Shown here in pieces: positions 36,809 to 46,774 of a stretch of 62,980 bases of DNA (the stretch's first letter is position 1; every line of letters starts with the position of its first letter). The stretch comes from an uncultured Thermofilaceae archaeon. GTDB taxonomy: Archaea > Thermoproteota > Thermoprotei > Thermofilales > Thermofilaceae. The notes under the pieces were generated by a model. That model ran no database searches. It was not told where the DNA came from and worked only from the letters and a program-made list of their open reading frames with translations. The stretch is from the NCBI GenBank assembly GCA_964546235.1, contig CAZJJA010000001.1, forward strand, positions 1 through 62,980. Direction: 5' to 3'. Made by a program: the position numbers and the translations under genes.

Positions 36809-36870
36809 ACGAATGACGAAGTCCGCTCCCCACTGATAAAAGAATGATGTAACGAATCCGGACTGATCAA
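36809..36870 (+). ncRNA. C/D box sRNA
   Basis: C box AUGACGA (36813-19), 13-nt guide AGUCCGCUCCCCA, D' CUGA (36833-36), C' AUGAUGU (36844-50), 12-nt guide AACGAAUCCGGA, D box CUGA (36863-66). Lies in a convergent intergenic spacer. Confidence 0.6.
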
Positions 36871-36876
36871 AAACTA

Positions 36877-37134
36877 TTAATATATTTCTAACTCGATACC
36901 GTAGGCTACGCCTTGTATTGAGATGATGACGTCGGCGTTTTTTGTGTTGCTTATCTTGTTTAACCCTGAAACAAGGTCTCCAATTTTCTCGAATAGCGTG
37001 GTAATGTCTTCGCCTATGCCTTCTATCGATACTTTTATTCCCTCCTTTTTTACTTCTACTTCAAACTCTGCGTTCTTAAAACTTGTTTTAAGTTTTTTCT
37101 CAATAACGCTCTTATCTATCATACAATATTTCAA
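36877..37134 (-). CDS. Small hypothetical protein
   Basis: 85-aa ORF with reasonable composition. No motif recognised. Confidence 0.4.
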   Translation of the reverse strand: MKYCMIDKSVIEKKLKTSFKNAEFEVEVKKEGIKVSIEGIGEDITTLFEKIGDLVSGLNKISNTKNADVIISIQGVAYGIELEIY

Positions 37135-37271
37135 CCAGACCTTCTTTAAAAATCCTTAGCGCAAAGGCATTTATAAAAGTCTTTCTCTAATCTACGCATA
37201 ATATCATATGTATAGAATAATAGGATAAACATTATAGCTTGATATTTTATATAATAATTAGAAAATATTAG

Positions 37272-37583
37272 GTGATTCTTATGACTGGAAAACGAGGCAT
37301 GAAAGGTCTTGATATAGAAAGTCTTCCTTACAGAATAAGGGTATATTCTAACAATCAGGTTCTTATTCCAGCGAAGCTTATAAGGCGTCTGGGGATTCAG
37401 GATGTTAAGGAAGCATATGTTGTTTTTAAGTTTAGAGAAAACTCTATTAAGATTCATGTAAGACTTTTGAGAACAAAATATACAGACTCTAGACAGTTTA
37501 CTATTCCTAAAGATATTCGAGAAAAATATAATATTCTCCCGGGAGATGAAGTAGAAATTATTGAAATCACGCCTGTTAAGTGA
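37272..37583 (+). CDS. Tandem SpoVT/AbrB-like (swapped-hairpin) DNA-binding protein
   Basis: 103 aa with two repeats: NNQVLIPAKLIRRLGIQDVKEAYVVF and QFTIPKDIREKYNILPGDEVEIIEI. Confidence 0.55.
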   Translation: MILMTGKRGMKGLDIESLPYRIRVYSNNQVLIPAKLIRRLGIQDVKEAYVVFKFRENSIKIHVRLLRTKYTDSRQFTIPKDIREKYNILPGDEVEIIEITPVK

Positions 37584-37632
37584 ATCGATACTATTTTTAG
37601 ACCATAGACAAAATAAGATACCAGGAATTGTC

Positions 37633-38058
37633 ATGACATCGACATCAATCAGCGAGCTTAACGAGAAAATGAAAAAGTTCTCACAAGAATTTTCACAATC
37701 ACTCGAGAGAAAAGACTTTGATCATGCATTAAAATTAAGTATCGAAATTCTCGAAGAACTCATATTAATCGCTAGAGAAGATATAGTTTCTATTCTACAA
37801 GACCCTTACGTGAAAAGCATTGCGGACGATATAATCAAGGGATACGAGAAATCTCTCTCTTATGTAAAGGGAATAATAGAGGGGCTCAAGTACGTATCAC
37901 CTATCTACTCGATAGGCGAAAAAGAGAGACTTGTACAAGTAGTTGCCTCATCTATCAATGAACTTTTCAGTTTTATAATGGGAGCGCTCATTATAGTAGC
38001 CGAGCTATCTTCTTCTAATAAGAGAGAAAATAGAGGAATTACACCGGGAGTAGTTTAA
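37633..38058 (+). CDS. Hypothetical helical protein (ATG at 37633)
   Basis: 141 aa starting at MTSTSISELNEKMKKF. Follows the AbrB-like gene. No family recognised. Confidence 0.45.
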   Translation: MTSTSISELNEKMKKFSQEFSQSLERKDFDHALKLSIEILEELILIAREDIVSILQDPYVKSIADDIIKGYEKSLSYVKGIIEGLKYVSPIYSIGEKERLVQVVASSINELFSFIMGALIIVAELSSSNKRENRGITPGVV

Positions 38059-39407
38059 TCTAGAACTAAAATATTTAGATTCTCTTCATATGGTTCCAGA
38101 TATTTGCGAAGCACTCTCGGTACGTGAACAAAACCTTCTTCATCCTGGAAGTTCTCTATGATCGCTGTGATAGTTCTTTGTGTAGCTATTGCAGTACTGT
38201 TGAGAGTGTGAACATAACCCTTAGAAGGTGCTCCTCTAGACTCTGCAAACCTTATGTTTAGCCTATAGCTCTGCCAGTCTGTACAGTTGCTACAAGATAC
38301 CATTTCTCTATATCTTCCCTGGGCTGGCATCCAGGCTTCTAAGTCATATTTTTTGGCCGCTACTACACCTAGGTCTCCCGATGCAATATTGACTATTCGG
38401 TAGGGTATACCGAGCTGTTGCCAGAGTTCTTCGGCGTTTGATATAAGCTTTTCATGCCATTCCCAAGATTCATCTGGATGTGAAAAGACGAACTGTTCAA
38501 CTTTATTGAATTGATGAACCCTAAAGATCCCTTTGGTATCTTTACCATGCGCGCCTGCCTCTTTTCTAAAGCATGGACTAACTCCTGCGTAAAGTAAAGG
38601 TAGATCCTTTTCAGGTATAACATCATCCATATGTAAAACGGCGAGTGGGTGTTCTGCAGTCCCTATGAGATATAGGTCTTCCCCCTCTATCTTGTATATC
38701 ATATCTCGAAAGTCTTCAAAACTCACAACACCTTCGAGCGCCTTTCTTCGCAACATAAAGGGGGGCTCTACTATGGTAAAACCCTTTTTTGCCAAGCTTT
38801 CAAGCGCGAACAAGATTAATGCAAGGTCTAACCAAACTAAATCATTGAACAAGTAGTAGAATCTTGTTCCAGCAACCTTTGCTGCTCTAGCAGTGTCAGC
38901 TATATTTTTCAGCTCCACAAAATCTGCATGACCTATAGGCTTCCAATCAACAACCTCATACTCGACGTTAAAGCCCTTAATTTCTTCCTTAAACCTTTCG
39001 AGATAGCCTTTCCATACTTTAGGTTTTCCCCAGAACCTCACTGGTACATTATATGTCTCGTCAGGACCAATAGGTACAGATTCATGTATAATATTTGGTA
39101 TTTTCCTCAAGACTTCTTCTCTACGCTCTTCAATCTCTTTTAACTCTCTTTCCATTTCACTAAGTCTCTCCCTAAGCCTTCTAGCCTCCTCGATAAGTTT
39201 TCCTCGCTCATTACTCTTTGCTCTGGGAATTTTAGAAGAAAGAACATTAAGCTCATGTCTCATCTCGTCTATCTCTTGTTTCTTCTTTCTCCAAAGATTA
39301 TCTAATCTTACAGCTTCATCAGCCAAAGCATCATCCATGAAACGTGCACGAAGATTCCATCTAATTTTCTCGGGATCGTTCCGAACATAGTAAAGTATAG
39401 ACCACAT
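38055..39407 (-). CDS. serS: Seryl-tRNA synthetase
   Basis: Coiled-coil N-arm plus class II motifs (GTAEHPL, FRKEAG, TLNSTAIATQRTITAIIENFQ). Start at MWSILYY. Confidence 0.9.
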   Translation of the reverse strand: MWSILYYVRNDPEKIRWNLRARFMDDALADEAVRLDNLWRKKKQEIDEMRHELNVLSSKIPRAKSNERGKLIEEARRLRERLSEMERELKEIEERREEVLRKIPNIIHESVPIGPDETYNVPVRFWGKPKVWKGYLERFKEEIKGFNVEYEVVDWKPIGHADFVELKNIADTARAAKVAGTRFYYLFNDLVWLDLALILFALESLAKKGFTIVEPPFMLRRKALEGVVSFEDFRDMIYKIEGEDLYLIGTAEHPLAVLHMDDVIPEKDLPLLYAGVSPCFRKEAGAHGKDTKGIFRVHQFNKVEQFVFSHPDESWEWHEKLISNAEELWQQLGIPYRIVNIASGDLGVVAAKKYDLEAWMPAQGRYREMVSCSNCTDWQSYRLNIRFAESRGAPSKGYVHTLNSTAIATQRTITAIIENFQDEEGFVHVPRVLRKYLEPYEENLNILVLD

Positions 39408-39479
39408 AAGCAACCCAGCCATAAAATAATTCTCCGAAGTATAACAATATTTCTTGAAGTGTTCCCGTATTTATCTTAT

Positions 39480-40430
39480 CTATTTTCCCTGTATCCATTG
39501 GAGATATTTAGAACTTGGCTTTTCTACCTCGTACAATATGTCACGGTAAGCCTCCAAACCTGTGAACTTCTTGTTTAAAATATCAGAATATAGTTTTACG
39601 TTGCTTTCTTCTATCCCATACTGTGAGAGGATTTCCGTCCACTCTTTATCTCTCAACAAATGGTGAGAAATAACGATTTGTCTTCCTTCCCTTTTTAGCT
39701 CATGCACCAAAGTTTTTAGGTTTTGCAACCCCTTGAGAACATCTTTTTGCTTAACTTTGGTTCCGGACAAGTATGTAGGTGGTCCACCAACAACTAGTAG
39801 ATGTGGCTTTATTTCTAAAACTTTTTTTAGGACATTTTGTGAGATAGGACCCTGAACATCTGGCAAATACATAACCACTGGTTTATTATAGACCTTTACT
39901 AGAAAACCTAACACCCATCCTAATTTGCTATCCTCAGCACCATGTGGAGAAAGAAAAGCCTCAATTCTAGTCTCTCCAATTATATACTCTCTATTGTCTG
40001 CAAAGACTATTTCTTTGACCTTGTCACTAAGTTTTTTGAACAAAACATATGCTCTCTTTCGTTGATTATAGTTTATACTATGAGTATAGTCTTTAGCAAG
40101 GATTGTTTTTCCCGAATAAATTTCTAGGAACGTATTTTCAGTCGTATGTTCAAACTTACTTTCGTACGGAGGGGTATAATGATCCCTGTGATAATGAGAA
40201 ATAGTCACTATGTCGGCATCTTCAACTTCTAACAAAATCTTCTCTCTAAGTTGCGATGCCGCTTCCATCTCCACTGGATGGGGAGGAAGGCCATACCTTC
40301 TTGGAGCAAGGCTAAGACCAGGGTCAAAAAATATTTTAACATCGGGTGTTTTCAGCACTGCTGCCATTGACCTTACTCCCAAACTTTCATCCGCGATAGG
40401 AATAAACTTGATGTTTTTGCCTAGATTCAA
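39480..40430 (-). CDS. Metallo-beta-lactamase-fold hydrolase (UPF0282-like)
   Basis: 316 aa with ISHYHRDH. Confidence 0.7.
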   Translation of the reverse strand: MNLGKNIKFIPIADESLGVRSMAAVLKTPDVKIFFDPGLSLAPRRYGLPPHPVEMEAASQLREKILLEVEDADIVTISHYHRDHYTPPYESKFEHTTENTFLEIYSGKTILAKDYTHSINYNQRKRAYVLFKKLSDKVKEIVFADNREYIIGETRIEAFLSPHGAEDSKLGWVLGFLVKVYNKPVVMYLPDVQGPISQNVLKKVLEIKPHLLVVGGPPTYLSGTKVKQKDVLKGLQNLKTLVHELKREGRQIVISHHLLRDKEWTEILSQYGIEESNVKLYSDILNKKFTGLEAYRDILYEVEKPSSKYLQWIQGK

Positions 40431-40440
40431 TGCTGATCAC

Positions 40441-42030
40441 TTATCCGGTTTTTGTTTGAAATTGTTGATTATATCTTCTTTTTAGCTCCTCTAATGTAGT
40501 TATTTCTCGAGGATCCATATCCCATCTAATCCTTTTTATTCTAGCAAATCTAAGAGCAAAACCCGACTCGTATCTCGGGCTTTTCTGAATCTCAGAATAT
40601 TCAACCTCTACCACTATATGTGGAAGAACGTAGACCACGTATCCTTCCTCCTTAACCTTTATCTCTAAAAGCTTTTTAGTGATTTCTTCAAACTCGGCAT
40701 CAGATAAACCTTTGAATGTTTTACCCACCCTAACGTAACGTCCAGTAGCTTCGTCTAGTACTGCTAGGTGATAATCACTAAGCCATCCCCTTCTCCTGCC
40801 ATGACCCCACTCGGCGGCCACAATAACACAGTCTATCGTATCGGATTGCTTAAGTTTAAGCCAGCTTCTACCCCGTATGCCAGGCTCATATCTGCTGTCT
40901 AGTCTTTTCGCTACGACACCCTCATGCCCCTTTTCTAACGCTTCTTTATAGACTCTTTCAGCCTCAACTATATCGTGCACGACCGTTCTTTCAGCCAAAA
41001 TGCGTTCACTCCTTACAATTTTTTCCAAAATCTCTCGTCTTTCATTGTAAGGTTTATCTACTAAGACCTCATCATTAAGATAAAGTATGTCAAATAGGTG
41101 GAGGGTATACGGTATCTTTTTCAAGAATATGATAAAATCAGCCTTTCTCCTAATTCTTCTAACAATTTCCTGAAATGGTAAAGGCTTACCCTCAACGATT
41201 CCCAAAGCCTCACCATCTAACACCACGCTGTCGGCAACAACATTCTCTTTTACTTGTTCTACAATATCGGGGACATATTCTGTAATATTACTAAGTCTTC
41301 TTGAGAAAACTTTGATCTTGCCGTTTTTTAGATGGATCTGTACACGAAAACCGTCATATTTATACTCTAAAGCCGTTACTCCACCATGTTCCGATAATAT
41401 CTCTTTAACAGAGTAAGCCATGTCTGCAAGCATAGGTTTTACTGGGCGAAAGATTTGGAGAGAAATCTCTTTTATCTTTTCGCAACCTCCCTCAACGGCG
41501 ATTCGAGCCAAATCTCCGATGTCTGATAAAAACATATATGCGCGTCTAACATCGTCCAGCGAGCATTTAGTAAAAACCGAAATTGCCTCAAGCAAAAGCC
41601 CTATACTTGCACCTATTCTGACCTCTCCAAATATTACTCGAAGCAAAAACTCTATTTCTTCTTCATTCATTCGCGAAAGAAGGCTATAAATGTAAGATAT
41701 TTTCTTCTGCCTAGAACTCTCACCACTAACTCTTGCCACCTTGTTTAAAACATTATAAACTTCTTCAAGAGTCGGCTTGCTGGTGTTTAGAAGAAGGGAT
41801 GTTGTTTTCGTCAACGACAAAGCATTCTTTATTGTTGACCAACCAACACCCAAAGACAAGTCTTCATATTCTCTGAAAATTCTTCCCGATAAAAATCTGG
41901 CTGCAATCACAGCTTCATTGGGAGACAGTTTGCTGATAAAAGTAGATAATATTCTCACTTTTTCTTTCCTACTCTTTACTGACTCTATATTTTTTGCAAC
42001 ATTTACCAATTCGGCAAATAATGTAGCCAA
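40441..42030 (-). CDS. lig: ATP-dependent DNA ligase
   Basis: 529 aa with adenylation motif I EYKYDGFRVQIH, motif EGVVAK and OB-fold domain. Confidence 0.9.
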   Translation of the reverse strand: MATLFAELVNVAKNIESVKSRKEKVRILSTFISKLSPNEAVIAARFLSGRIFREYEDLSLGVGWSTIKNALSLTKTTSLLLNTSKPTLEEVYNVLNKVARVSGESSRQKKISYIYSLLSRMNEEEIEFLLRVIFGEVRIGASIGLLLEAISVFTKCSLDDVRRAYMFLSDIGDLARIAVEGGCEKIKEISLQIFRPVKPMLADMAYSVKEILSEHGGVTALEYKYDGFRVQIHLKNGKIKVFSRRLSNITEYVPDIVEQVKENVVADSVVLDGEALGIVEGKPLPFQEIVRRIRRKADFIIFLKKIPYTLHLFDILYLNDEVLVDKPYNERREILEKIVRSERILAERTVVHDIVEAERVYKEALEKGHEGVVAKRLDSRYEPGIRGRSWLKLKQSDTIDCVIVAAEWGHGRRRGWLSDYHLAVLDEATGRYVRVGKTFKGLSDAEFEEITKKLLEIKVKEEGYVVYVLPHIVVEVEYSEIQKSPRYESGFALRFARIKRIRWDMDPREITTLEELKRRYNQQFQTKTG

Positions 42031-42036
42031 GCAATA

Positions 42037-43074
42037 TCACCCTTTACTAAAGTATCCATCAAGTGTTTTTTGAATAGATGAAAGAGACGAAATTTTCGCT
42101 AACCTTTCAATAACCACACGAACCCTTTTAGGGGAAAAGTCTCTTTCGTCTACAAGAAATTTATAAATACCGTCTAGGTCTGGTTCTCTAAACTCTATCC
42201 TATAGTTTTTCGATATAGGAGGATTTAGAAACAGTTCCCGAACCTCTTTCCAATTTTCTGGTAACTTTTCTTTATAAAATCTAGGAAGACTCTCAATGCT
42301 CCCATACGTTTTTATAAGTTTGAGAGCAGTTTTAGGACCAATACCTTTGATACCTTCGTTGTAGTCTGTTCCCACCAAAATAGCTATATCTATTAATTGT
42401 TTTCGCGAAATTCCCAACGTATTTAACACAGTATCTAGCTCGATTATCTCGGGTAATAATTTCCTAGCAATACCCTTACTGGGGAGCCACTCAAAGCCGG
42501 TCAAGGTTATATACCTTACAACCCTATCAGCTCCATATAACAACGAATCCCAATCCATAGTATTTACAGCCCAGGCTTCGCCTCTAGACACGATGTAAGC
42601 AGCCTGGGCTTCCGCATCACTGGGGGCATCTATAACTGGCAATCCCATCAAACGCAACAACTTTTTTGCGTCAGATATTATCTGTTCGTTAACACTTATA
42701 GCAACAACTGCCTTAGAAAAAGCCGTTTCAAGATCCCCCCTGAGTAATGCATTCTTCCACTCGATTTCAGCTTTCTTCCTTAACTTTTTTCTCCGTTCTA
42801 ATTCTTTCCTCTTTAGAGGATGAGGCGGTCCATCAAAAACAAAAATAAACCTACAGCCAAATTCGAACATAAGTCGTGAAAAGCGTGTACTCAGCCCGAT
42901 TAGGTGTGATGTTATATTTCCCTGCTTATCTTTGAAAAATTCTCCATTGGGAAGACGAATCAAAGCCAAAAACTGGTATATAACGTTTAGAGCATCTACA
43001 ACGAATATCTTACCTCTTATGCCCGCTAAACCTATTTTCTTGCGAGGAATTATAGGTGTGAGATAAGTTCCCAT
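42037..43074 (-). CDS. fen: Flap endonuclease FEN-1
   Basis: 345 aa. VFDGPPHPLK, PSDAEAQAAY and GTDYNEGIKGIGPKTALKL (H3TH). Confidence 0.9.
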   Translation of the reverse strand: MGTYLTPIIPRKKIGLAGIRGKIFVVDALNVIYQFLALIRLPNGEFFKDKQGNITSHLIGLSTRFSRLMFEFGCRFIFVFDGPPHPLKRKELERRKKLRKKAEIEWKNALLRGDLETAFSKAVVAISVNEQIISDAKKLLRLMGLPVIDAPSDAEAQAAYIVSRGEAWAVNTMDWDSLLYGADRVVRYITLTGFEWLPSKGIARKLLPEIIELDTVLNTLGISRKQLIDIAILVGTDYNEGIKGIGPKTALKLIKTYGSIESLPRFYKEKLPENWKEVRELFLNPPISKNYRIEFREPDLDGIYKFLVDERDFSPKRVRVVIERLAKISSLSSIQKTLDGYFSKG

Positions 43075-43130
43075 TCAAATACACCTACAGCCAAAAAGAT
43101 ATAAGCCTTATACCACGATATAGTGAGAAG

Positions 43131-43463
43131 ATGTCTTTGCTCGATGTAGGAACAGAAATAAAGGAATATTTAAGTAGCAAAAAGATAATTATTGCTGATT
43201 TTTGGGCAGAATGGTGTATACCCTGTAAAGCAGTAGATGATGCTATTAAGAGGATAATACCGTTTTTCAAAAATAGCGAAGACATAGTTTTTCTTAGAAT
43301 AAACGTAGACGAACATCCCGATATAGCTGCTGACTTTGAAGTATTCAACCTACCCACAGTGATAGTTTTTTTTAATGGAAAAGAGGTTGAACGTATAACA
43401 ACGCCTCATGGTTTAGAGTCAAAAATGTTTAAAATTATAAAAAATCTTCTTAAAAATCTATAA
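43131..43463 (+). CDS. trx: Thioredoxin
   Basis: 110 aa with active site WAEWCIPCK. Confidence 0.8.
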   Translation: MSLLDVGTEIKEYLSSKKIIIADFWAEWCIPCKAVDDAIKRIIPFFKNSEDIVFLRINVDEHPDIAADFEVFNLPTVIVFFNGKEVERITTPHGLESKMFKIIKNLLKNL

Positions 43464-43697
43464 TTTTTTAATCAATGTTATAACTAATGTCACTATAAAA
43501 ACTATCGCTGCTATCTTTATATCTCCGAAAAAGATGTACACAATCCATGCTAAAATGAAGGCGGGTAGCGCCAAAATTATTATCTTAAACACCAAGTACA
43601 GTAATAAAATAATGACGAGAATAACTAGCCCAATAATTAATGCTTCTAAAACCCCTCCTCCGAACATCTTCATTTTAGTACAGTTAAAGACACTCAT
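43458..43697 (-). CDS. Small membrane protein (hypothetical)
   Basis: 79 aa with two or three hydrophobic helices. Confidence 0.4.
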   Translation of the reverse strand: MSVFNCTKMKMFGGGVLEALIIGLVILVIILLLYLVFKIIILALPAFILAWIVYIFFGDIKIAAIVFIVTLVITLIKKL

Positions 43698-43780
43698 AAA
43701 TGATTAGCGTATCAAGATGTAAATCGTTATATAAATGCCCGTCAAACTAAACCTGACCATATAAAAACTAGGAAAAAACC

Positions 43781-45571
43781 ATGGAATACTCAATACTTGA
43801 TGAACTACTACCTTATAATGACTGGCGTCCGGGACAGCGTGAATTAGCGAAGATTGTCGAAGAAACTGTTCTCGATTCAAAAATATTGCTTGCCAGATAT
43901 CCCATTGGCTTGGGAAAAACCATTGCGGTTCTTGTTGGAGCAATTGCATCAGGAATACCGAAAATAATATATCTAGCACGCACAAAAAACCAATTTCAAG
44001 CTCCATTTAGGGAGCTTGCTCGCCTCGCTGCCTCAAAGATAAACATTCCAGCCGTAATGCTTGTTAACAAAAAAGAACTGTGTCTTTTACCGATATCCGA
44101 CGACATGTCTTATCGTGATTTCCTGGTTTTTTGTTCTAAAGCAAGAAAAAGCGGACAATGCAGATATCGGTCAAATGCCTTGCCAGAGGAAACTCCTCTA
44201 CTAGTGGATGTCAATACAGCAAAATTGCTCGGAAAAAAACTTCTAGCATGTCCTTTCGAAATATCATGGAAGCTTATTTCACGATCTCGCGTGATAGTGG
44301 CTTCCTATTCTTACCTCTTTGATCCAGACCTTTTCAAAGTTTTTCTTTCAAAAAGCAACATTAAACTAGAGGAAGCCTTACTAGTCGTCGACGAGGCACA
44401 TAACCTTCCAAGCTATATTGCTAGTATTTCACAAGCAACTCTAGACGAATACACATTAATTATGTCTAGGAAAGAGATACAGACATTAAAAACGCCTAAG
44501 ACTAACAGCGTATTGAACAGGATTTCGATGTTTATAACATATATTAGGAAAAAATCAAAACAATCCAATGAGACGGAAAAGGAAATAGACATAAGTGAAG
44601 CACTATCAATACTACCTTCCTCCAAAGATCTCTATTATATAGCGAGTCTTCTCGAGGAAAATAATATCCTTGAAACAAGCTATACGAGAAAGGTTGCTGA
44701 CTTTGTGTCCATGCTGGAAAAAGCTTCACATGACCACCTACTATCTCTACGAGACACATCGTTAGGATTTGAGGTAAACCTTATTGCTTATAATGTTTCA
44801 AGAATCGCTCAAAGCGTTTTTTCCAAGATAAGATCGGCCGTATTGATGTCAGCCACACTTCCTCCTAAAGAATACATGGTAGCACTTTTGGGTCTAACCA
44901 ATAGAGCAATTGACGAAGTGGTATACCCATATTTGTGGGCTGAAAACGCTTCAATCAATATTGTGCGCGGACTAACATCTCGATATGTTGAAAGAGAGAA
45001 AATGACCTTCAAAAAATATGCTCAATTCATCGATTATATTTTTTCTAAAAATGGTAACACTCTAACAGTGTTTCCCTCATACAGCTTTCTAAAGAATGTA
45101 TATGCCCATATATCCTCTACGCCAACGATAGTTGAAGACCAACATACTGTTCTTAAGAATGTTATAAACATACTTCTAAAAAACGAGAAAACACTCATTC
45201 TGGCAGTTGCTTGGGGAAAACTTGTCGAAGGAATCGAATTTAGAAATAGAGGAAAAAGTCTTTTAGACACAATTATTATAGCTGGTCTACCTGTTCCAGA
45301 ACCCTCACTGTATAATAAGAAACTGTTAAACTATCTAACCTTAAAGCTTGGAAATAGAGACAAAGCTTGGAAGATAGTTTATCTCTATCCCGGCCTGATG
45401 AAAATAGTTCAGGCTATAGGTAGGGGAATACGCTCAGAAAAAGACAAGATCAAAGTATACATCCTTGATGACCGTGTTTTAAGTGAAGGAGTAGATTATC
45501 TATTATCCTACGGATTCAGAATAAATATTGTTGAATTAGACGAAATCTTTGGTTTTGATAAAGAACAGTAG
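43781..45571 (+). CDS. xpd: XPD/Rad3-family 5'-3' DNA helicase
   Basis: 596 aa with Walker A PIGLGKT, Fe-S domain Cys (CLLP...FCSKARKSGQCRY...ACPF), DEAH box VVDEAHNL and C-terminal QAIGRGIR. Confidence 0.8.
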   Translation: MEYSILDELLPYNDWRPGQRELAKIVEETVLDSKILLARYPIGLGKTIAVLVGAIASGIPKIIYLARTKNQFQAPFRELARLAASKINIPAVMLVNKKELCLLPISDDMSYRDFLVFCSKARKSGQCRYRSNALPEETPLLVDVNTAKLLGKKLLACPFEISWKLISRSRVIVASYSYLFDPDLFKVFLSKSNIKLEEALLVVDEAHNLPSYIASISQATLDEYTLIMSRKEIQTLKTPKTNSVLNRISMFITYIRKKSKQSNETEKEIDISEALSILPSSKDLYYIASLLEENNILETSYTRKVADFVSMLEKASHDHLLSLRDTSLGFEVNLIAYNVSRIAQSVFSKIRSAVLMSATLPPKEYMVALLGLTNRAIDEVVYPYLWAENASINIVRGLTSRYVEREKMTFKKYAQFIDYIFSKNGNTLTVFPSYSFLKNVYAHISSTPTIVEDQHTVLKNVINILLKNEKTLILAVAWGKLVEGIEFRNRGKSLLDTIIIAGLPVPEPSLYNKKLLNYLTLKLGNRDKAWKIVYLYPGLMKIVQAIGRGIRSEKDKIKVYILDDRVLSEGVDYLLSYGFRINIVELDEIFGFDKEQ

Positions 45572-45572
45572 A

Positions 45573-46196
45573 TTATATAAACTCCACATTGGCATGCCTC
45601 TCTTTAAGGTCTTCTTCTTCTAGACCCAAAATATCCATTAAAGCCCATACGATGCCATCTAGAAATACCATGGTTGTCACTTCAAAGAGTGTTCCCAGTG
45701 GTGCCAATGGCTCGTAGATTCCAAGAACCTGTCTTGCAAAGTAGTCACTTTCTTTTGCTATCTTTGTCCTTCCTGGAACCCTAACTATGTGATCGCTCAT
45801 TTTTCCGAGAGGAGAATCCCTGTAGGAGGTTATTGCAACTACTACGGCTCCAGCTCTTCTAGCTGCAGACGCTACGGATAGAACAACTTGTGTACTTCCA
45901 GATCCTGAAACTGCGATTAAAACATCACCCTTGCTTATAGAGGGTGTTATTGTTTCGCCAACTACATACACATTAAAGCCTAGATGCATCAGTCTCATAG
46001 CAAAGGATTTTGCAACCAACCCGCTTCTACCAGCTCCAGCAACCATTATTTTCCTCTTGTTAGCTAGGGCTGATGTGAGAATCTTTAGGAAACGAGATAT
46101 TTCTTCCTCACTTATTTCGCTAGAAGCTCTTTTAATAAAATCAGCGATATAATTCATCGCCTTGCTAACATTCTCTGACAAGTCCCACCTAAGCAT
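45573..46196 (-). CDS. SIS-domain sugar-phosphate isomerase, 6-phospho-3-hexuloisomerase-like
   Basis: 207 aa. VAGAGRSGLVAKSFAMRLMHLGFNVYVVGE...AVSGSGST. Confidence 0.7.
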   Translation of the reverse strand: MLRWDLSENVSKAMNYIADFIKRASSEISEEEISRFLKILTSALANKRKIMVAGAGRSGLVAKSFAMRLMHLGFNVYVVGETITPSISKGDVLIAVSGSGSTQVVLSVASAARRAGAVVVAITSYRDSPLGKMSDHIVRVPGRTKIAKESDYFARQVLGIYEPLAPLGTLFEVTTMVFLDGIVWALMDILGLEEEDLKERHANVEFI

Positions 46197-46233
46197 TCAC
46201 ATCAGCTAAAGAAAAGCTTTACGATTCTAAGCC

Positions 46234-46710
46234 TCAGTCTATTTTTATCCTTGTTTCTTCTTTAATTATCCGCAACACAAACATTGTCTTCGTGCTTTCA
46301 ACGCCCTCAATATTTCCTATACTATCGATTAAACGTGCCAGCTCTTCCTTATTTCTAACTCTAACTTTTAAAATTGTATAATATTCTCCTGTGACATCAA
46401 ATATCTCATAGACATCAGGCATTTGTTTTAACTTGTTTAAAACATTCGAATACTTTTGAGGTGTTGCGGTAACAGCCACGATCGCCGTAACTTTTTTCCC
46501 GACCTTTTCTGGGTCAACTATTGCCTGAAACCTTTTAATCACGCCTGCGTTCAACAACTTTCTGATTCTCAGATGAATCGTGGCTTCGGAGACTCCAAGG
46601 TCTGCAGCAATTTGAGAATAGGGTGTTTTTGCATTGTCCTGAAGATATTGGAGAATCTTTTTGTCTATATGGTCAAGTTTTACATCACTAGAAGACATTC
46701 TTATCTCCAT
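46234..46710 (-). CDS. lrp: Lrp/AsnC-family transcriptional regulator (full length)
   Basis: HTH LDHIDKKILQYLQDNAKTPYSQIAADLGVSEATIHLRIRKL plus a RAM domain. Confidence 0.85.
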   Translation of the reverse strand: MEIRMSSSDVKLDHIDKKILQYLQDNAKTPYSQIAADLGVSEATIHLRIRKLLNAGVIKRFQAIVDPEKVGKKVTAIVAVTATPQKYSNVLNKLKQMPDVYEIFDVTGEYYTILKVRVRNKEELARLIDSIGNIEGVESTKTMFVLRIIKEETRIKID

Positions 46711-46774
46711 TAATATAGATAAAAATACTAGGTAAAAAAGTATTATTATTGTTTCTCTAAAAAATCAAATAAAA

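Noticed and set aside
37146-37634. 162-aa minus-strand ORF
   Set aside because: It overlaps the AbrB-like gene on the opposite strand. It has a low-complexity F/N/I/K composition and no motif. The plus-strand genes have recognisable repeats and sensible spacing.
43085-44006. Minus-strand ORFs at 43085-43357 and 43704-44006
   Set aside because: They are antisense to the thioredoxin gene and the XPD start respectively. Neither has a motif.
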